From: Octopus vulgaris
Lineage: Eukaryota
Reading direction: 5' to 3'
NCBI GenBank assembly: GCA_951406725.2
Contig: OX597826.1
Span: 62,682,001 to 62,746,000, forward strand
DNA length: 64,000 nt
Below are positions 14,939 to 29,716 of this stretch, in pieces (position 1 is the first letter of the stretch; each line of letters opens with the position of its first letter). The notes under the pieces were generated by a model. That model made no database searches. It saw only the letters and a program-made list of their open reading frames with translations, and was not told the origin of the DNA. The position numbers and the translations under genes are program-made.

Positions 14939-15254
14939 AATGTAGTAACACAGTTCTGTATAGAGCATCCATGTTATAGTGGCAAAACAATGTTACCGTC
15001 TAGTATTGTTACTACTTCTATCTCGTTCAGAGATTTTAGAAGTAGCTACTTTGTTCTTTATGAGATCAGCAGCTTTCTGCCGCTTCTCTGTTTATATACG
15101 ATGAGTAGAGACGTTAACCAGCTGGAAAAGATGTTTTCGTGGATTTCAAATGTAGTAACACAGTTCTGTATAGAACAGCGATTTTATAGTTGTAACAAAA
15201 TGTTACCGTCTAGTATTGTCAATATTTATATCTCGTTTAGAGATTTTAGAACTA
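14939..15254. repeat. Diverged tandem duplication, period 210 bp
   Basis: AATGTAGTAACACAGTTCTGTATAGA...AATGTTACCGTCTAGTATTGT...AGAGATTTTAGAA occurs at 14939-15044 and 15149-15254. Confidence 0.85.
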
Positions 15255-15273
15255 TACTCGTTTGATAGTGCTC

Positions 15274-15421
15274 GTGTGGTAAGTATCTTGCTTATCAAGC
15301 ACGTGGTTCCCGGTTCAGTCCCACTGTGTGGCACCTTGTGCAGGTGTCTTCTACTATAGCCTCGGGCCAACCAAAGCCTTGTGAGTGGATTTGGTAGACG
15401 GAAACTGAAAGAAGCCCGTCG
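15274..15421 (+). mobile_element. SINE family B, 5' half
   Basis: GTGTGGTAAG...GGTTCAGTCCCACTG...GCACCTTG...GTGTCTTCTACTATAGCCTCGGGCC...GAAAGAAGCCCGTCG, with A/B-box-like head, ending at a (TA)n tract. Confidence 0.85.
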
Positions 15422-15512
<91 letters not shown>

Positions 15513-15557
15513 TTGTATTTATATGTGCATATATATATGTGTGTGTATATATATATA

Positions 15558-16590
15558 CAGCAGACCATAAAACATTGTTTTATGGTTATTATAACTTGTA
15601 AAGGTTTATATTCTTTTAGAAATTGACATTTTTATGTTTTAGGTTCTATATGTGACTTTTTAATTATGCCATGTACAAAAGAAACGTTGGAACTGTCTGA
15701 ATTTCAAAGAGGCCATATTGTGGAACACTCTGAAGGTGGATATAGTCTGAGTAAAATCGTAGAAAACGTTGAGATCCCTCTTTTTACAGTTAATAGAGTG
15801 ATTGTGCAATTCACCAAAGAGGAGAAGGAGTCCACATCACCACGCCCAGTTTGACCAGAGCTCTCTGAGAGGACCATTCTCTTTGTTAAGAAAAGCATGG
15901 AGGATAATCCTCGTTGCAAGACCTATGGCATAGCAGAAAACGTTGATGTCAGTGCCAGATCAGCTCTCGGGTATCTCTATAAACTTGGTTACTATGGTAG
16001 AGCAGCAAGGAGGAAGCCACTTCTTTGACCAGCCACTATCAATCGGAGAAGAGATTGGGCCAGTGAGATGGTATAGAGGCCACTGTCATTTTGGGGCACT
16101 GTCATATTCTCCAATGAGTTCAGATTTGCTGTATTTCCTGACAGTGGTGTAGTGTCGCTCTATAGACTCTATGAGCAAGAATTTGATGTGAAAAGTTTGC
16201 AGCCAACAATGAAACATGCCAGCTTTGGTGTGATGGTCCGGGGAGCAATTTGAAGCAATGGTCAATCAGAGCTAGTGGATTATGAGAGAAAATTAAACTC
16301 AGATTAATATTCCTTACAATCTTCTCCAGTGGTGAAATGAATAAAGACAACTCTTCCTTTATGGAAGATGTGGCCCCTTGACACACGGGTAAAATGACCC
16401 AAGATTTTTTGGATGAGAATAACATTAAAAAGCTTCCATGGTCAAGCCAGTCACCAGATATGAACTCTTTTAACACCTCTGAGGCATAATGTACAGGACA
16501 CTTCATAAAAACAAGAACGCATCTTCAAAGCCATATCTTTTAAGATTGCTCCATGGAACTTGGCAAGAAATTCTTCAAGAGAATATTCAT
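15558..16590 (+). mobile_element. Tc1-type transposon, degenerate, 3' end lost
   Basis: TA|CAG start at 15558. ORF 15666-15854 [19 protein letters not shown]...VNRVIVQF is a Tc1 HTH. Further motifs: VIFSNEFRF (~16101), MEDVAP*HTGK (~16361), LPWSSQSPDMN (~16432). Confidence 0.85.
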
Positions 16591-17027
16591 CCTCCACACA
16601 TACACACACACACACATATAACACACACACATGCATGTTAGAAAAGTTCCTTTCACAAATAAGAAAATAGATGTTGGACGAAAATGGTGCATCATCATAG
16701 TGATTCTGTAAACTTGCCTGGGCCCATCAAGTTCAACCGGCAGGGTGATGCGGGTGGCAGGGATTGAAATAATAGTAGATTGGGTAGGGGTAGATTAATT
16801 ATCTTGGAATCCGTGAATCCGTGAACGGTTGTCAATGGTGAACTAATGTCGAAGGAAAAGGAAGGGACAAGTGAGGTGACTTAGGCTGCACAGACAGACA
16901 CACAGACCACACGCAAGTACACAGTCACAGATATACAAGCGTGCGTTTGGGTCTACAAATATATGAAACATGCATACACATATATACGTACATATTCATA
17001 TGCATGTATTTGTCTATGTATTTGTGT

Positions 17028-17073
<46 letters not shown>

Positions 17074-17599
17074 ATGTATATATGTATATATATATAGAGA
17101 GAGAGAGATAGAGGGACGAGAGAGAGACGTAGATGCGCGTGAGTACATGATTGTTTTACTTTGAATATCGGTATGTAGATCAGTTGACCTATTGACTTTC
17201 TGTACGTGATGACAATTATATTAATATTATTGCTATTATCATTATTACCAAATAATTATCAAGAGATATAATTAATAAGGTTGGATTTGGCCGACGCTCA
17301 AATTTACGTTAAGCAACGTTAGAGAGTCTGGTAAATGTCATAGCTTTCCCGCTTTTGCTTATGCCTGATGTTCGAGACTAAACGGTGCCAAAATGTGACA
17401 CGCGAACAAGCAACGTTGAGTCTGTGCCATTCTAATTCCAGAACTCTTTACTAACAGCGTTGTTTCATACGCATTTGCTATGTTATTCAAAGGTCATTGA
17501 TTTTAAGCCGTAGGGTTCTGAAACTTTGCAAACGGACATTCATTTTGTATTCACTTTAGATAGGATTGATATTTTTGATCACTTTTCCAAAATATATAG

Positions 17600-17998
17600 G
17601 TAGGCACAGAAGTTGCTTACTAACCCCATGGTTCCGGGTTCAATCCCACTGCATGACACCTTGGGCAAGTGTCTTCTACTATAGCCTCGGGCCGATCAAA
17701 GACTTGTGAGTGGATTTGGGAGACGGAAACTGAAAGAAGTCCGTCGTATATATGTACGTATATATATATATACGTGTGTATGTTTGTGTGCCTGAGTGTA
17801 TCCCCTAACATCGCTTGACAACTGATGCTGGTGGGTTTACGTCTCTGTATCTTAGCGGTTCGGCAAGAGAGACCGATAGAATAAGTAATAGGCTTTCAAA
17901 GAATATGTCCTGGCACCGATTTGCTCGACTAAACGCGGTACTCCAGCATGGCCGCAGTCAAATGACTGAAACAAGTAAAAGACTAAAAAGAGTAAGAG
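17600..17998 (+). mobile_element. SINE family B, near full length
   Basis: tRNA-like head (GGTTCAATCCC), ACCTTGGGCAAGTGTCTTC body, internal TA/TG tract, 3' part ...CTTAGCGGTTCGGCAAGAGAGACCGATAG...CAGCATGGCCGCAGTCAAATGACTGAAACAAGTAAAAG. Confidence 0.88.
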
Positions 17999-18229
17999 AG
18001 TTATTTTCTTATATTTGTAAAATGTAAACACCTTCGGAAGAAATCAGTTGCGTTATGTGAATTGCATATTGATTCTTTCGTCACACTGCCGGTTGAGACC
18101 GTAAATTGGGGAATGCCTTTTTCATGTTAAATTTTCATAATAATTTAGGAGGGGAAAAGAGAGACTTAAAGATGAACCAAGGTCTGACGTCTTGCAACAG
18201 CTAGCACTGAGGAAAACGCTGGTCGTGTT

Positions 18230-19030
18230 CACATGCTGATGAATGACAGGTGGTTGGCGCTAACTCAATAGCCAATACTATTAGCATATCACGTGCGAGA
18301 GTTTAGAGTATTGTGTAACAATGAACTTGGCATCACGAAAGTTTCTGCCTGATGAGTGCCTCCTGACACCTGATTAAAAGTACACAGGAATGACCACATA
18401 ATAGGAAAATTAGAAATTGTTTCAAGCAAATCCAGCTGGTTTCCTTGAAAGTTCCCTAAGGCAGGATGAGTGTTGGTATCATCGCTTTGACAATTCATGC
18501 AGCATAAACACCCCTCCTCACCTGCCCTAAAGAACACCATGGTTGTTTCATAAAAGAGAAGATGACGACTTTAGATTTTGGAATCCAAAAGGCATTGTCT
18601 TTATTGACTACCTTCAAAATGGCCACACCATCAACGGAGAGTAGTATGCCAACTAAATGAGACAGATAAGAAAGGCTATCAAGAAAGGACCAGAAAACCT
18701 GAAAAAAGTGATCTCTTTTCATCAAGACAAAGCCCCGGCAAACTAGTTCTTCATTTCAATGGCTGCTATCCTATCGATTTAGCCCATTTGGCTATCATCT
18801 GTGCCTCAACATAAATAACACTTGGCTGGAAACTAGTATCACTATGTTGAGGATGTCATATCTGCTGGTAATAACATTTTGACCAAACGGATGAAACTTT
18901 TTCCCCAATGAGATCCAAGCGCTGCAACAATGATGGAAGAAGTGTGTGGACCTTAAGGAAAATAAACCTCATGTTCATTTTCCATGAGAATGTCTTGGTC
19001 AGCCTATTAACTTTTCAGCCAACCTTCATA
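18230..19030 (+). mobile_element. Degenerate mariner (DD34D) transposon, 3' two-thirds
   Basis: NELGITKVSA**VP (~18320-18360, WVP motif); FWNPKGIVFIDYLQNGHTING (~18576-18638); LFHQD (~18714); C-terminal ...QRWKKC-like stretch; TIR-like end TTTTCAGCCAACCTTCATA. Confidence 0.8.
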
Positions 19031-19816
19031 TATTGTTTTCCTCTTTATCTTTCAACCTGTTTTTTTTTTGTTCCACTTCTTTCTTGTTTTCAATTTTTTC
19101 TTATATATAATTCCGCGGATGAAATGAAATTTTAGTCAATGTTGTCACCATTATCAGATGTACAAATGCACATGAGCATAAAATTTACTCCCTAAGAAGG
19201 GGACGAGACATATGATATTTCTTCCATATACACACGTTACTGTTAGCCCATCCAGATATACAGTTCAGACTATGTTATATATTCTCTGGAATATCACCCA
19301 TGCACTGTAGAAAATGCTTGTTTATAGGTTTAGCGATCTTGTTTCCAGACTAGCATATTCTGTAGCACACTTATTACCTCATAAAACACGCGCACACACA
19401 TGCTATAAGCACCAGTACACATAAGAACTCCTACACAAACATATGCATATATTCGTGCATGCAATCAACCCCAATTACACAAGATGCGTTTATGTATGAC
19501 ATCCATGAAAATCAGCAGTTCGATACGAAAGTTTAACTACGTGAGGAAAACGATTTTCCTCCATTCATTTCTGACTTTGTTTTACTTATGTATATATATA
19601 CATGTGTGCATATGTGTGTGCGTTTGAATGCCTGCGTGTGTGTGTGTGTGTGTGTGCGTGTGCATATGCTTCTTTTGCTTGCTTTTTCATGTTTTACATC
19701 CGAACATCCGAATAATATTTTTTTTCTTTCTCAGCGGGTGGTTGATATTTTGAAAGTTTGGGATATATATACATGCGTGTATGTGCTGGAAAACAGGCAT
19801 GTATGCATGTATATAC

Positions 19817-19874
<58 letters not shown>

Positions 19875-19963
19875 TGTATATATGTATATATATGTATATA
19901 TATATATGTATATGTATATATATATGTACATGCATATATAATATTATATACATATATATATAC

Positions 19964-19994
<31 letters not shown>

Positions 19995-20087
19995 CAGATA
20001 TATAAAAATGCATATATATATATATATGTATACATTAATATATTTATATATATATAATATTTAAATGCATATCTGTATGCGCGTATG

Positions 20088-20123
<36 letters not shown>

Positions 20124-20313
20124 CTGTTTGCATGTGCGTGAGTAGAGTCGGAGTGTCTGTTTATATGTGCGTGTTTGTGTCTTCTTTGGTGGCTCTCCTG
20201 CGGTTTATTGGTAGGTGGCGGATGTATGTCTGCAAAGAGTGCGTGGGTAGATGCGTTATCTTTATAGTCGATGCACAATAACATGCACTCGGATTAGATA
20301 GATCTGTAGGAAT

Positions 20314-20363
<50 letters not shown>

Positions 20364-20395
20364 TGATGATAATAATAATAATAATAATAATAAAA

Positions 20396-20449
<54 letters not shown>

Positions 20450-21010
20450 GTAATAATAATAATAATGATAATAATAATGCGAATATAAAACAGTAGAAGG
20501 GACCACAAAATTTATTTATGAAATATATATCTTAACAATGATAGCAAGTAGTAGTAGTAGTAGTGGTGGTGGTGATGATGGTGGTGGTGGTGGTGGTGGT
20601 GGTGGTGGTGGTGGTAGTTATAGTACTAGTAGTAGTAGTAGTAGTAGTTACATTTTAATAATATTAACAGCTTCATAGTGATGGTTTCGCTGTTGTTGGT
20701 GATGATGCTGTTGTTGGTGATTATGGTGATGATAGCGGCGGTGATGGTGATGGTGGTGATTACGATAATGATGACAACGGTGATGAACATTTCATTTCAT
20801 CCCAGGGATTATTTATAATAAACTAATTAAAATCAAGCAAGAAATGAAATGCAAAATAAATAAATAAATAAATAAATAAATAAAACAGAAGCCGAAAGAT
20901 AAAAAGAAATAGCTTTAATGTTCGATTCAAATTCTATGGCTAATTCAATTGATTTTTTTTCTCTCTCACTGTCTCTTGCTATTTCTAACTCTCAAATAAC
21001 TGTGTGGGAG

Positions 21011-21064
<54 letters not shown>

Positions 21065-21090
21065 TCCCTCTCTGTCTCTGTCTCTCTCTC

Positions 21091-21165
<75 letters not shown>

Positions 21166-21318
21166 ACATATATATATGTATGTATACATACATATTAACT
21201 ATGCATACACACATATATATATCATATATATTTGTGTATGTATGTCTATGTGTGTATCTATAAATACGTATGCATATAAAAATATACAAGTATATAACAC
21301 AAATATGAAAAATATGTA

Positions 21319-21365
<47 letters not shown>

Positions 21366-21783
21366 ACTAGAAACTCAGTAATTATGTAGGTATATAGATA
21401 ACTCGGTAGTTATATGGTTGTAAAACATACGTATATATATGCATACAGAAATTCGGTGGATGGTAAAGTTTATATAATTCCAGGTACGTATGCAGCTAAG
21501 CCGGTAGTGTATATGTGAAAGGTTGACTGTTGATGTGATCATTACAAACTTGAAGTGTTTGTTTATGAATACATCATATGTATACAGACGTACGCTTGCA
21601 TATATGTGTATTTGTGTGTGTATATATATATATATATATAATATATATATATATATACCTATGCCCGTATAGGTATGTGTAGACATTCATACGAACCGAC
21701 GCACACACAAACACACACACACACACACACAAATATATGTATACATTTTGTAACTATATATATATATATATAGATAGAGATAG

Positions 21784-21836
<53 letters not shown>

Positions 21837-21892
21837 TATAGATAGATATATATATAGATAGATTTATATATATATATATACATATGCACATT

Positions 21893-21944
<52 letters not shown>

Positions 21945-22234
21945 CAACACATATATGAATGCATGCGTAGATGCATATACATATATATATATTGTATATA
22001 AATGCATATGCATTTTCATATATATATATATATACACTCATATAGAAAACACAGACACACACACTCATATACACACAATTATATACACACACCTATATAC
22101 GTAGTGATAATGTATATCTGGGTTTGTTATATTTTGTTTACATAAACATCAACAAGATCAACACAAAGGGCTATATATATCTGAATATGAATGTTAGATA
22201 TCTTTTTCATTATCTCTGTTCTGCCTTACTCTCT

Positions 22235-22285
<51 letters not shown>

Positions 22286-22439
22286 TTCTTGCTTCCATAT
22301 TTAGGATTACTAATCCATCAATAGATAACTTCTGTTCATATATTGATACTATAACTAGTTACAGGTTCAGGAGTTCAGTTATATTAATATATCTTTTGTT
22401 ACCTAGGCACAATTAATGGATTCCGAGGGTCAATAAGGT

Positions 22440-22610
22440 GGTCTGTAGATCTGCTAGAAATAGCCAGCAATATTCATTCAAATGATTCCCTACTCATTTA
22501 CATATGCAATGGACATATTAGAATCTGCCCTATGGCCAACATGGTGAGGAGAGTAACATATCTTTAATCATAGGTCAACTCAACAAGGGAAGCCTATGTT
22601 GAGAAAAGAA
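22440..22610 (+). repeat. Ancient interspersed repeat family (motif GATCTGCTAGAAATAGC)
   Basis: The same motif appears on the minus strand at ~54768-54790 and ~28060-28082. Related degenerate copies at ~11900-12030, ~28150-28385 and ~37790-38045. Confidence 0.5.
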
Positions 22611-24106
22611 CGCAGCGTATTTATCTTACGGTGGTGGTGGTGGTGGTGGTGGTTGCAGCGGCGGCGGCTGCGGGGCCGCGAAGATGGTGATGGTAGCAGT
22701 GCAGGAACAGCTACCTCTGTTATTAAATATATTTGCACGTGACAAATTCCTATTAAGTTCTCGTCATGCCAGTAATTTACCATTCTACATTATCTTCTAA
22801 TAAATCCAAACCACTGATGTTGTCTCGATAAAATTCATACAGTGCCACGTACTGAAAATAGAAGCATAGAACCTTCCACTATGACATTCATAAAATTGCA
22901 ATGGTTTCTTCTATAAATAATTCCCTAAAAATCACCAAAACTAAAGACTGAATTAAAGGCTTTCAGAAGCCTCGAAACAAACTGTATTGCTTCTTATAAC
23001 AAGTTTTCATTTGCAACTGAACCGCAACAAATTTAGTTTACATGTCCGTGATTATGTTACTACCGAATAAGGATTTAGATTCGAATTGCATAAACTCTGA
23101 GATGAAGCCATTTATTTTTTGATTTATACGTCGAAGCAGTCTTGTATTGCGGTATTAAAACACTAGCATTACAGTGACCAATCCTATCAGTATACCTCTA
23201 TAATAGTCGTCTACTGTGATCTCTCATAACACATCACTGCAATTTCTGAAAACTCTAAGCTTGGCTATAATTGGATTCTACTCATACTGATAACCAAAAT
23301 CAGTTATTAACATATCATTAGTGTCGCAAATAGCTAGCGGATGAGGTGAAAAATTCGTTCCTCGGAGGAACAATCTAGATAGTTAAAAACAGTAGAGAAT
23401 ACACATATAACGTATATATACATATATGAAAATACACACGTATACTTTCCGCACACGCGTGCACGGACACACATACGCAATATAGCACGCCGGATTTGTG
23501 TTTACAAAAACAATTCTATTTACTAAATGATCAAAAGACGGAACTCAAAACAACTCCATATAGAAGTTAAAAGAAATTCTTCTGTCGATGTTAGCTCAGA
23601 CTATTTTTCGTTTCATTTCATTTCTCACGGTGAGCTATCTCCAAACGAAGTTGCTTCATGGTGAAGTACCACCTCTATACGTTTGGCTGATACAGTAAAC
23701 ATCAGGCTTGCTAGTTTTATATGAATACGTTTCACACTCTGTCAATCGAGACACAGATCGTCACCTTAGTTGAAGTTCATCAATTGGTAAACCGGACGAA
23801 GCCGACCCAAAACTAGTGCCAAATCGTCGAAATTTCTCTTGTATCACCCAACATTACTGAAGATCTCAGCATCACTCTTCTTGCGTGAGGTTTCTATCTG
23901 CCTGTGAAATAATAAGCAATTAGAAGTGAAATGACCTAACCTAGGGTAACGAATATATGTACGCGTGAATGTGCGTGTGTGCGCGTGTCTGATTGAACAT
24001 ATATTCCTTATATTCATACATATCATCTCTCTGTCACTCTGTCTTCCCCTCTCTCTCTCTAACGCAATGTCTCTCCCTTTTCTTATGCCGTGTTCATACA
24101 TACACA

Positions 24107-24193
<87 letters not shown>

Positions 24194-24328
24194 CGAGAGA
24201 GGGAATTATATATATATATATAAACATGTATGCATGTATGTATGTATGTATGTATATATGTATATACTGTATATCTGTATATATATACATATATATATAT
24301 ACTGTATATCTGTATATATATATGTGTT

Positions 24329-24377
<49 letters not shown>

Positions 24378-24494
24378 ACAAACATGCATACATATACTTG
24401 AAACTAGAAATGGTTTGTTTACGTCTCCATACCTTAGTAGTTCAGGAAAAATATCGTTACAAAAGGTACCTAATATACAAAAGTAATGAGTCGA

Positions 24495-24730
24495 TTCATT
24501 CACGTGTCAGAAGGAACGGTCAGATATATTGTCCACGAAGACATCAGATATAAGTCTTATATGATGAGATCTAAAAGGCTCTTAAACAAACGGAAAATCC
24601 AGCAGAAGATTTCATTTACACCAGCGAATCATCTGGTGTAAAGATCGCGTTAACAAAGGGATGTGGTTTCGACTCCCGCGCGGATAGGAAAGCCTTCTTT
24701 TACCTGTCGAGGGCTTTTATGCCTGTTTAT
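24495..24730 (+). mobile_element. Short internally deleted Tc1/mariner-superfamily (DD37D/maT-like) transposase fragment
   Basis: [30 protein letters not shown] (24501-24590) resembles the second HTH of DD37D transposases. Confidence 0.5.
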
Positions 24731-24952
24731 CACACTATTTTCCTTCATCTGTGCACGGTGATTGCCATAAGCTTTAAGCTTATATGAAAATGCTATTCTT
24801 ATTATTTACAGGATTGTAAATCACGGTGCCGTAACTATAACCATTCGCACCGAAAGCATGTGTGTGTGTGTGTGTTTGCGTGTGTGTCTGTCTGTCTGTC
24901 AGTGTCTGTGTGTGTGTAAGTATATATATATATATGTATATATAATATATGT

Positions 24953-25272
24953 ATCACCGTGATCATCGTGACCGATCAGGCTAGCAGATGTTGTTACACA
25001 TCGATGGTCACAATGCGCTTCGCATTGTTTTAGCTTTCAAATGACGCCACCCCGCTGGCTAAGCGAGCAGAGCAGGCCAACAGAAGACAGAGTGAGAGAA
25101 AGTTGTGGCGAAATATTACAGCAGGGATCGCCACCCCAACCCTTGAGGGAGTCTCGTGGAGCTTTAGGTGTTTTCACTCAATAAACACTCACAACGCCCG
25201 GTCTGGGAATCAAAACCGCGATCGTAGGACCGCGAGTCCGCTGCCCTAACCACTGGGCCATTACGCCTCCAC
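24953..25272 (-). mobile_element. SINE family D (tRNA-derived head, LINE-like 3' tail)
   Basis: Minus strand GTGGAGGCGTAATGGCCCAGTGGTTAGGGCAGCGG...GGTTTTGATTCCCAGACC (A and B boxes); tail GGTGGCGTCATTTGAAAGCTAAAACAATGCGAAGCGCATTGTGACC. Confidence 0.8.
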
Positions 25273-25324
25273 ATATTATATATATATACATATGCATATA
25301 TAAATATGCACAATATATATATAC

Positions 25325-25366
<42 letters not shown>

Positions 25367-25892
25367 ATATATATATATACATATGCATATATATACGTGT
25401 TCATATGTGTGTGTGTGAGAGAGAGAGGGAGATAGGGAGAGGGAAAAAGAGGAAGAGGGAGAGAGATTGAGGATGCTGATTCCTAAGACCTTTCGACAAA
25501 AGTGCTATACAACTATCCTATGAAATGGTCGGTGAAATCTGCGAAATATTGCCTCATTTAAATATTGTTTACACCAAAGAAACCTTATCCACATAAGAAT
25601 ATTGATGTCTGAGATAATTAGTTTCATTTCGTTAATTGTTTATTGATATGAATTGAAAAGTACAGTCCACTTTGAACGTTGTTAACCTTTTAAATTTGTT
25701 TTACAATTTTCACTCTACCGATTAATTTGACAGTACTCGTTTTAAAATTATCATTGATCTAAATTGTAAGTATCCTTTATAACCTATCTGAGTATATTGT
25801 CGAAATATAATTGCTTTTCGAAAGTTTTCGATCGATCAATAGAATATAATTAATAGAGGGAGAGTGTGTGTAAAAGAGAGAGATAGAGTGAG

Positions 25893-26031
<139 letters not shown>

Positions 26032-26348
26032 CAGATAGATAATCTATAGAGTATGATGAATTTAACCGGTGAATTGTCTTTATGAAATTATCCTTATTGT
26101 GTAACGGTTGACAGCACCAGTCTTGTCATTAATAGCGTGTCCTATGAAAGCTAACTCAAAATACTTTTTTATTAATAATTGAGCAGTTCTGGTTGCGTGA
26201 GATTTTTAATAACGAGTTGTAATCAAGGTCTTTATTTGAAAACAAGTTTTACTAAACTCCCGTGGGGAAAGGGCGATGCTATCATCGATCTGGAGATCGA
26301 GCCGGGACTCTTGACACCGAATGGATTCTATTAGAACTTCATCGTCAC

Positions 26349-26844
26349 ATTACTGCGCCATTTAGGAAAACAGATGAAGTCTTCTACGCATGCACAAGTT
26401 ACACTCGCCCGGATTTCACACTTACCGCCTGCTAATATTCATCCGTAACGACTGAAACAACCAGAGGCTTCCTGCCTCTTCGTTATCACAGAAAAATTCC
26501 ACATATATTGTCCTTTTTTACCGTCTAATATGCCTCTACAGGAAACAGTTATTAGTACTTAGGAGTTCAGAAATCAATTTCTAAATAACAAACCATTCCA
26601 ACTGCTAGTGGAGGAATTAAGACACGGTCGCATCGTTATCGTTTATACCATAATACAGGTCAAGAAAGGAAACGGAACTCGGATCCGTAAGCTAAGGAAA
26701 TGTTGTTCAGTTGATCAATGCTGCTAGAGCAGCTCGTACTACTTCTTACAATGGTGAGGTCATTTGGTACCTATTTTCTTGTTCAACATATTACTGCGCC
26801 AGTTAGGAGAACAGATGAAGTCTACTACGCATGCACAAGTTACA
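26349..26844. repeat. 55-bp direct repeat pair, 441 bp apart
   Basis: ATTACTGCGCCA(T/G)TTAGGA(A/G)AACAGATGAAGTCT(T/A)CTACGCATGCACAAGTTACA at 26349-26403 and 26790-26844 (52/55 identical). Confidence 0.9.
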
Positions 26845-28796
26845 TCTATCTTTAGGGTAAAGAGTGGTAAACTCTTTAGGGTAAAGAGTGGTAAACTTGT
26901 CTGACTCACCCGATGAAATTATTGAGAAATTAGATAGATCATATGGCGATCATACATATAAAGAGCTGTGTTCTTAACCACAATCTAAACACTTCTTTCC
27001 CTACCACTTAATGCTGAAAACATAAAACGTCTAACAGTATTTACAAACCTGTTGACGAATTAAAAGATTCCTACATAGGTGTATTAATTGTATGATGAGA
27101 ATTTACTCGGCTTTTGACAAAGAATAAGACAAGTCGCCGGTATTAACGGGTTGCCTAATTACTAGTTATTGCCCCGCCGTTAAATGATTTGATTAAATCG
27201 GTATTTAATTGCACAAATTAGTTTGTAATTAATTTATAAGAATGTCTAATTAAATAGGAATTGGTATATACACTTCAACTTTATAAACTCGAAAGTTAAA
27301 TAAGTTTCTTGAATCACTAAGTCTTATGGGGCTGCTAGTTAATTATCTTTTCAATTGCTTTATACGGTTGTAAGAATAACAAGACGTCTCCCTCATGTAG
27401 AATGCTAGTCTACTTCGGTGGACTATGCCATAAGACTTTGCCACATATTAGTCACGGATACATGAAACAGGTGGTGGTGGTATTGGTGGTGCCGGTGGTG
27501 ATGGTGGTGGTGGCCGTCGTCGCCATTGTCATCGTGGTCTTGATGTGGTGGTCGTGGTGTTGGTGTTGGTGTTGGTGCTGGTGCTATTTGTGGCTAAGCT
27601 GGCAGTATTTGGTAGTCGTAATATTAAGACACAGCCGTCTTTACCGTTTATATTATAACTCGAGTCAACGAAGGAAACCGATCTTGGAACGGAAAGACTA
27701 CTCAGTTTATCATTGCCACTGGTATTTACAGCTTCAACTTTCTAAACTCAATTTGAATCACGAAAGTGTTGTGAAGCTGCCAGTTAATTTTCTTTTCAAT
27801 GGCGTTAAACGGTTGAAGGAATAACATAATATCTAACCTTACATAGTATGCCAGTATACTTCAGCAGATTCTGTCAGAGAAAAACCACATACTATTGGTC
27901 ACAGATACTTGATTACTCGATATATAAATCACTTACTTCGAAAGAGAACTAACAATTTCGAGAGACTTGAGATCGCATTTAATATCGAGATTTATTCTTC
28001 CACGGATGAAAACAGAAAGAATTAACAACCATCGCAGGACATGATAATTTCAGGAAATTTAGCTACTATTTCAAGCAGATCGAACCACTCTGTAATGGTC
28101 CTCGTTTTTGCTCGGTCCCAGTCACCGACGTTTATAACAGTTTGGGTATACTGGATATCTTTTTGAAGACAACGAGTATATCTGTACATGATCACTTGAT
28201 AGAAATGGCAAAAGAAATCTCCCTCCAGCTAATTCCTACAGTCTTAAAATTGGCAGACTATATTATTTTTAAAGGCCAAGCAAAATTAACACATTCGCTA
28301 AAATACCGTAGAATAAGCCGTGTGATCGATTGTTTCTCCCGTTATGCTGATACAGAATAGTCTTCCCGGTGATGACACTTAACCATCTGAAACATAATCT
28401 TCAATCCGTTGACCAACATTTTAAACGAAACAGAAAGGAATGAAAACGGTGATAATCCGTTGTTGTAAATCCGTTGTCAAAGAATTCTTAGGAATCTAAA
28501 TAATCTGGCGCCATTTCCACAGTGACCCGATTGAAGTATTTATCAATAATGATGAATATTGAATGAATAATAACTATTAGAGTCCCCCCTTGTTTTTGTT
28601 TTTTTGTTTTTTGTGTGTGTGTAATCTTCTATTATTACAGACCGATTGCAAAATGACAAGTTCTTGCGACTTTTTAAGCACTGAGTTCAAATTCTGGCGA
28701 TTCCGAGTTAATCTCTTATCCTTACAGTTTCGATAAAATAAAGTAGAGTCAACTATTGAAATCAATGTACTCGTTTTTTCTCCTCCCCTCAAAAAA

Positions 28797-29622
28797 TTGG
28801 GTTGGCAACTAAGTTCCCACCGTTTTATTAAATTTTGGAATTTATTGCGTTTTTAAATTTTGGAATCTAATTTTTTCGAGAATTCTATTTTTGAATAATT
28901 TTGGAATCTTTTTTTTTTCTAGTTAATTTTAGTTAATTTTTGTTTATTTTCAGATCATTAAAATGGAATGTCAAGTTAAGAAAAACGGGCATTTTCGATA
29001 CCTCCTTCTTTTCGCTTTTAATCAAGGTTCTAAGGCCGCTCGCGACATTTGTGATGTATATGGAAAGGGTGCCATAGCTGAAAGAACCTCTCGTGATTGG
29101 TATGCCAAGTTCAAAAATGGTAATTTTCACCTCAAAGACGCACCTCGTTCAGGCCGTCCAGTTGAGTGGGATGAAGAGCGATTAAACCAACTTTTGCACG
29201 TAAATTCTCGTCAAACGACAGGGGAACTGGCAGTGAAAATGGAATGCTCCGACACTGTTATAGAGAAGCATCTTCACTCGATGGGAAAGTTTCAGAAGTA
29301 TGGAGCATGGATTCCACATGCTCTAAGTGACAACAACAAAATCAACGAGCCACTATCTCCGCTGGTTTGCTTGCTCGTCACCGCTCAACTAATGGACACA
29401 AGCAACGATTTCTTTACCGAATCGTAACTGGCGACGAGAAATGGTGCTGTACATCAATATGAAGCAGCGTTAGGAATGGTTTAGCCCGTAAAACAAACGA
29501 CACTGCGCATGAAACAAGATCTTCATCCGCGTAAAACGATGGTGTGCGTAAGATGGGACTGGGAAGGGATTATCTATTACGAATTGTTTGAACGGAACCC
29601 ATCGGTCAACGTGGAACTCTAA
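28797..29622 (+). mobile_element. Mariner transposon (Hsmar1/cecropia-like), 5' part, frameshifted and 3' truncated
   Basis: TIR-like TTGGGTTGGCAACTAAGTTCC. ORF 28963-29427: HFRYLLLFAFNQG...RDICDVYG...DWYAKFKNGNFHLKDAPRSGRP...WIPHALS. Shifted frame continues RFLYRIVTGDEKW. Confidence 0.92.
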
Positions 29623-29631
29623 GTATGTATA

Positions 29632-29676
<45 letters not shown>

Positions 29677-29681
29677 TGACA

Positions 29682-29715
<34 letters not shown>

Positions 29716-29716
<1 letters not shown>

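Noticed and set aside
26349-26844. Repeat-spacer-repeat as a CRISPR-like array
   Set aside because: Only two repeats, a 386-bp spacer, eukaryotic context and no cas genes.
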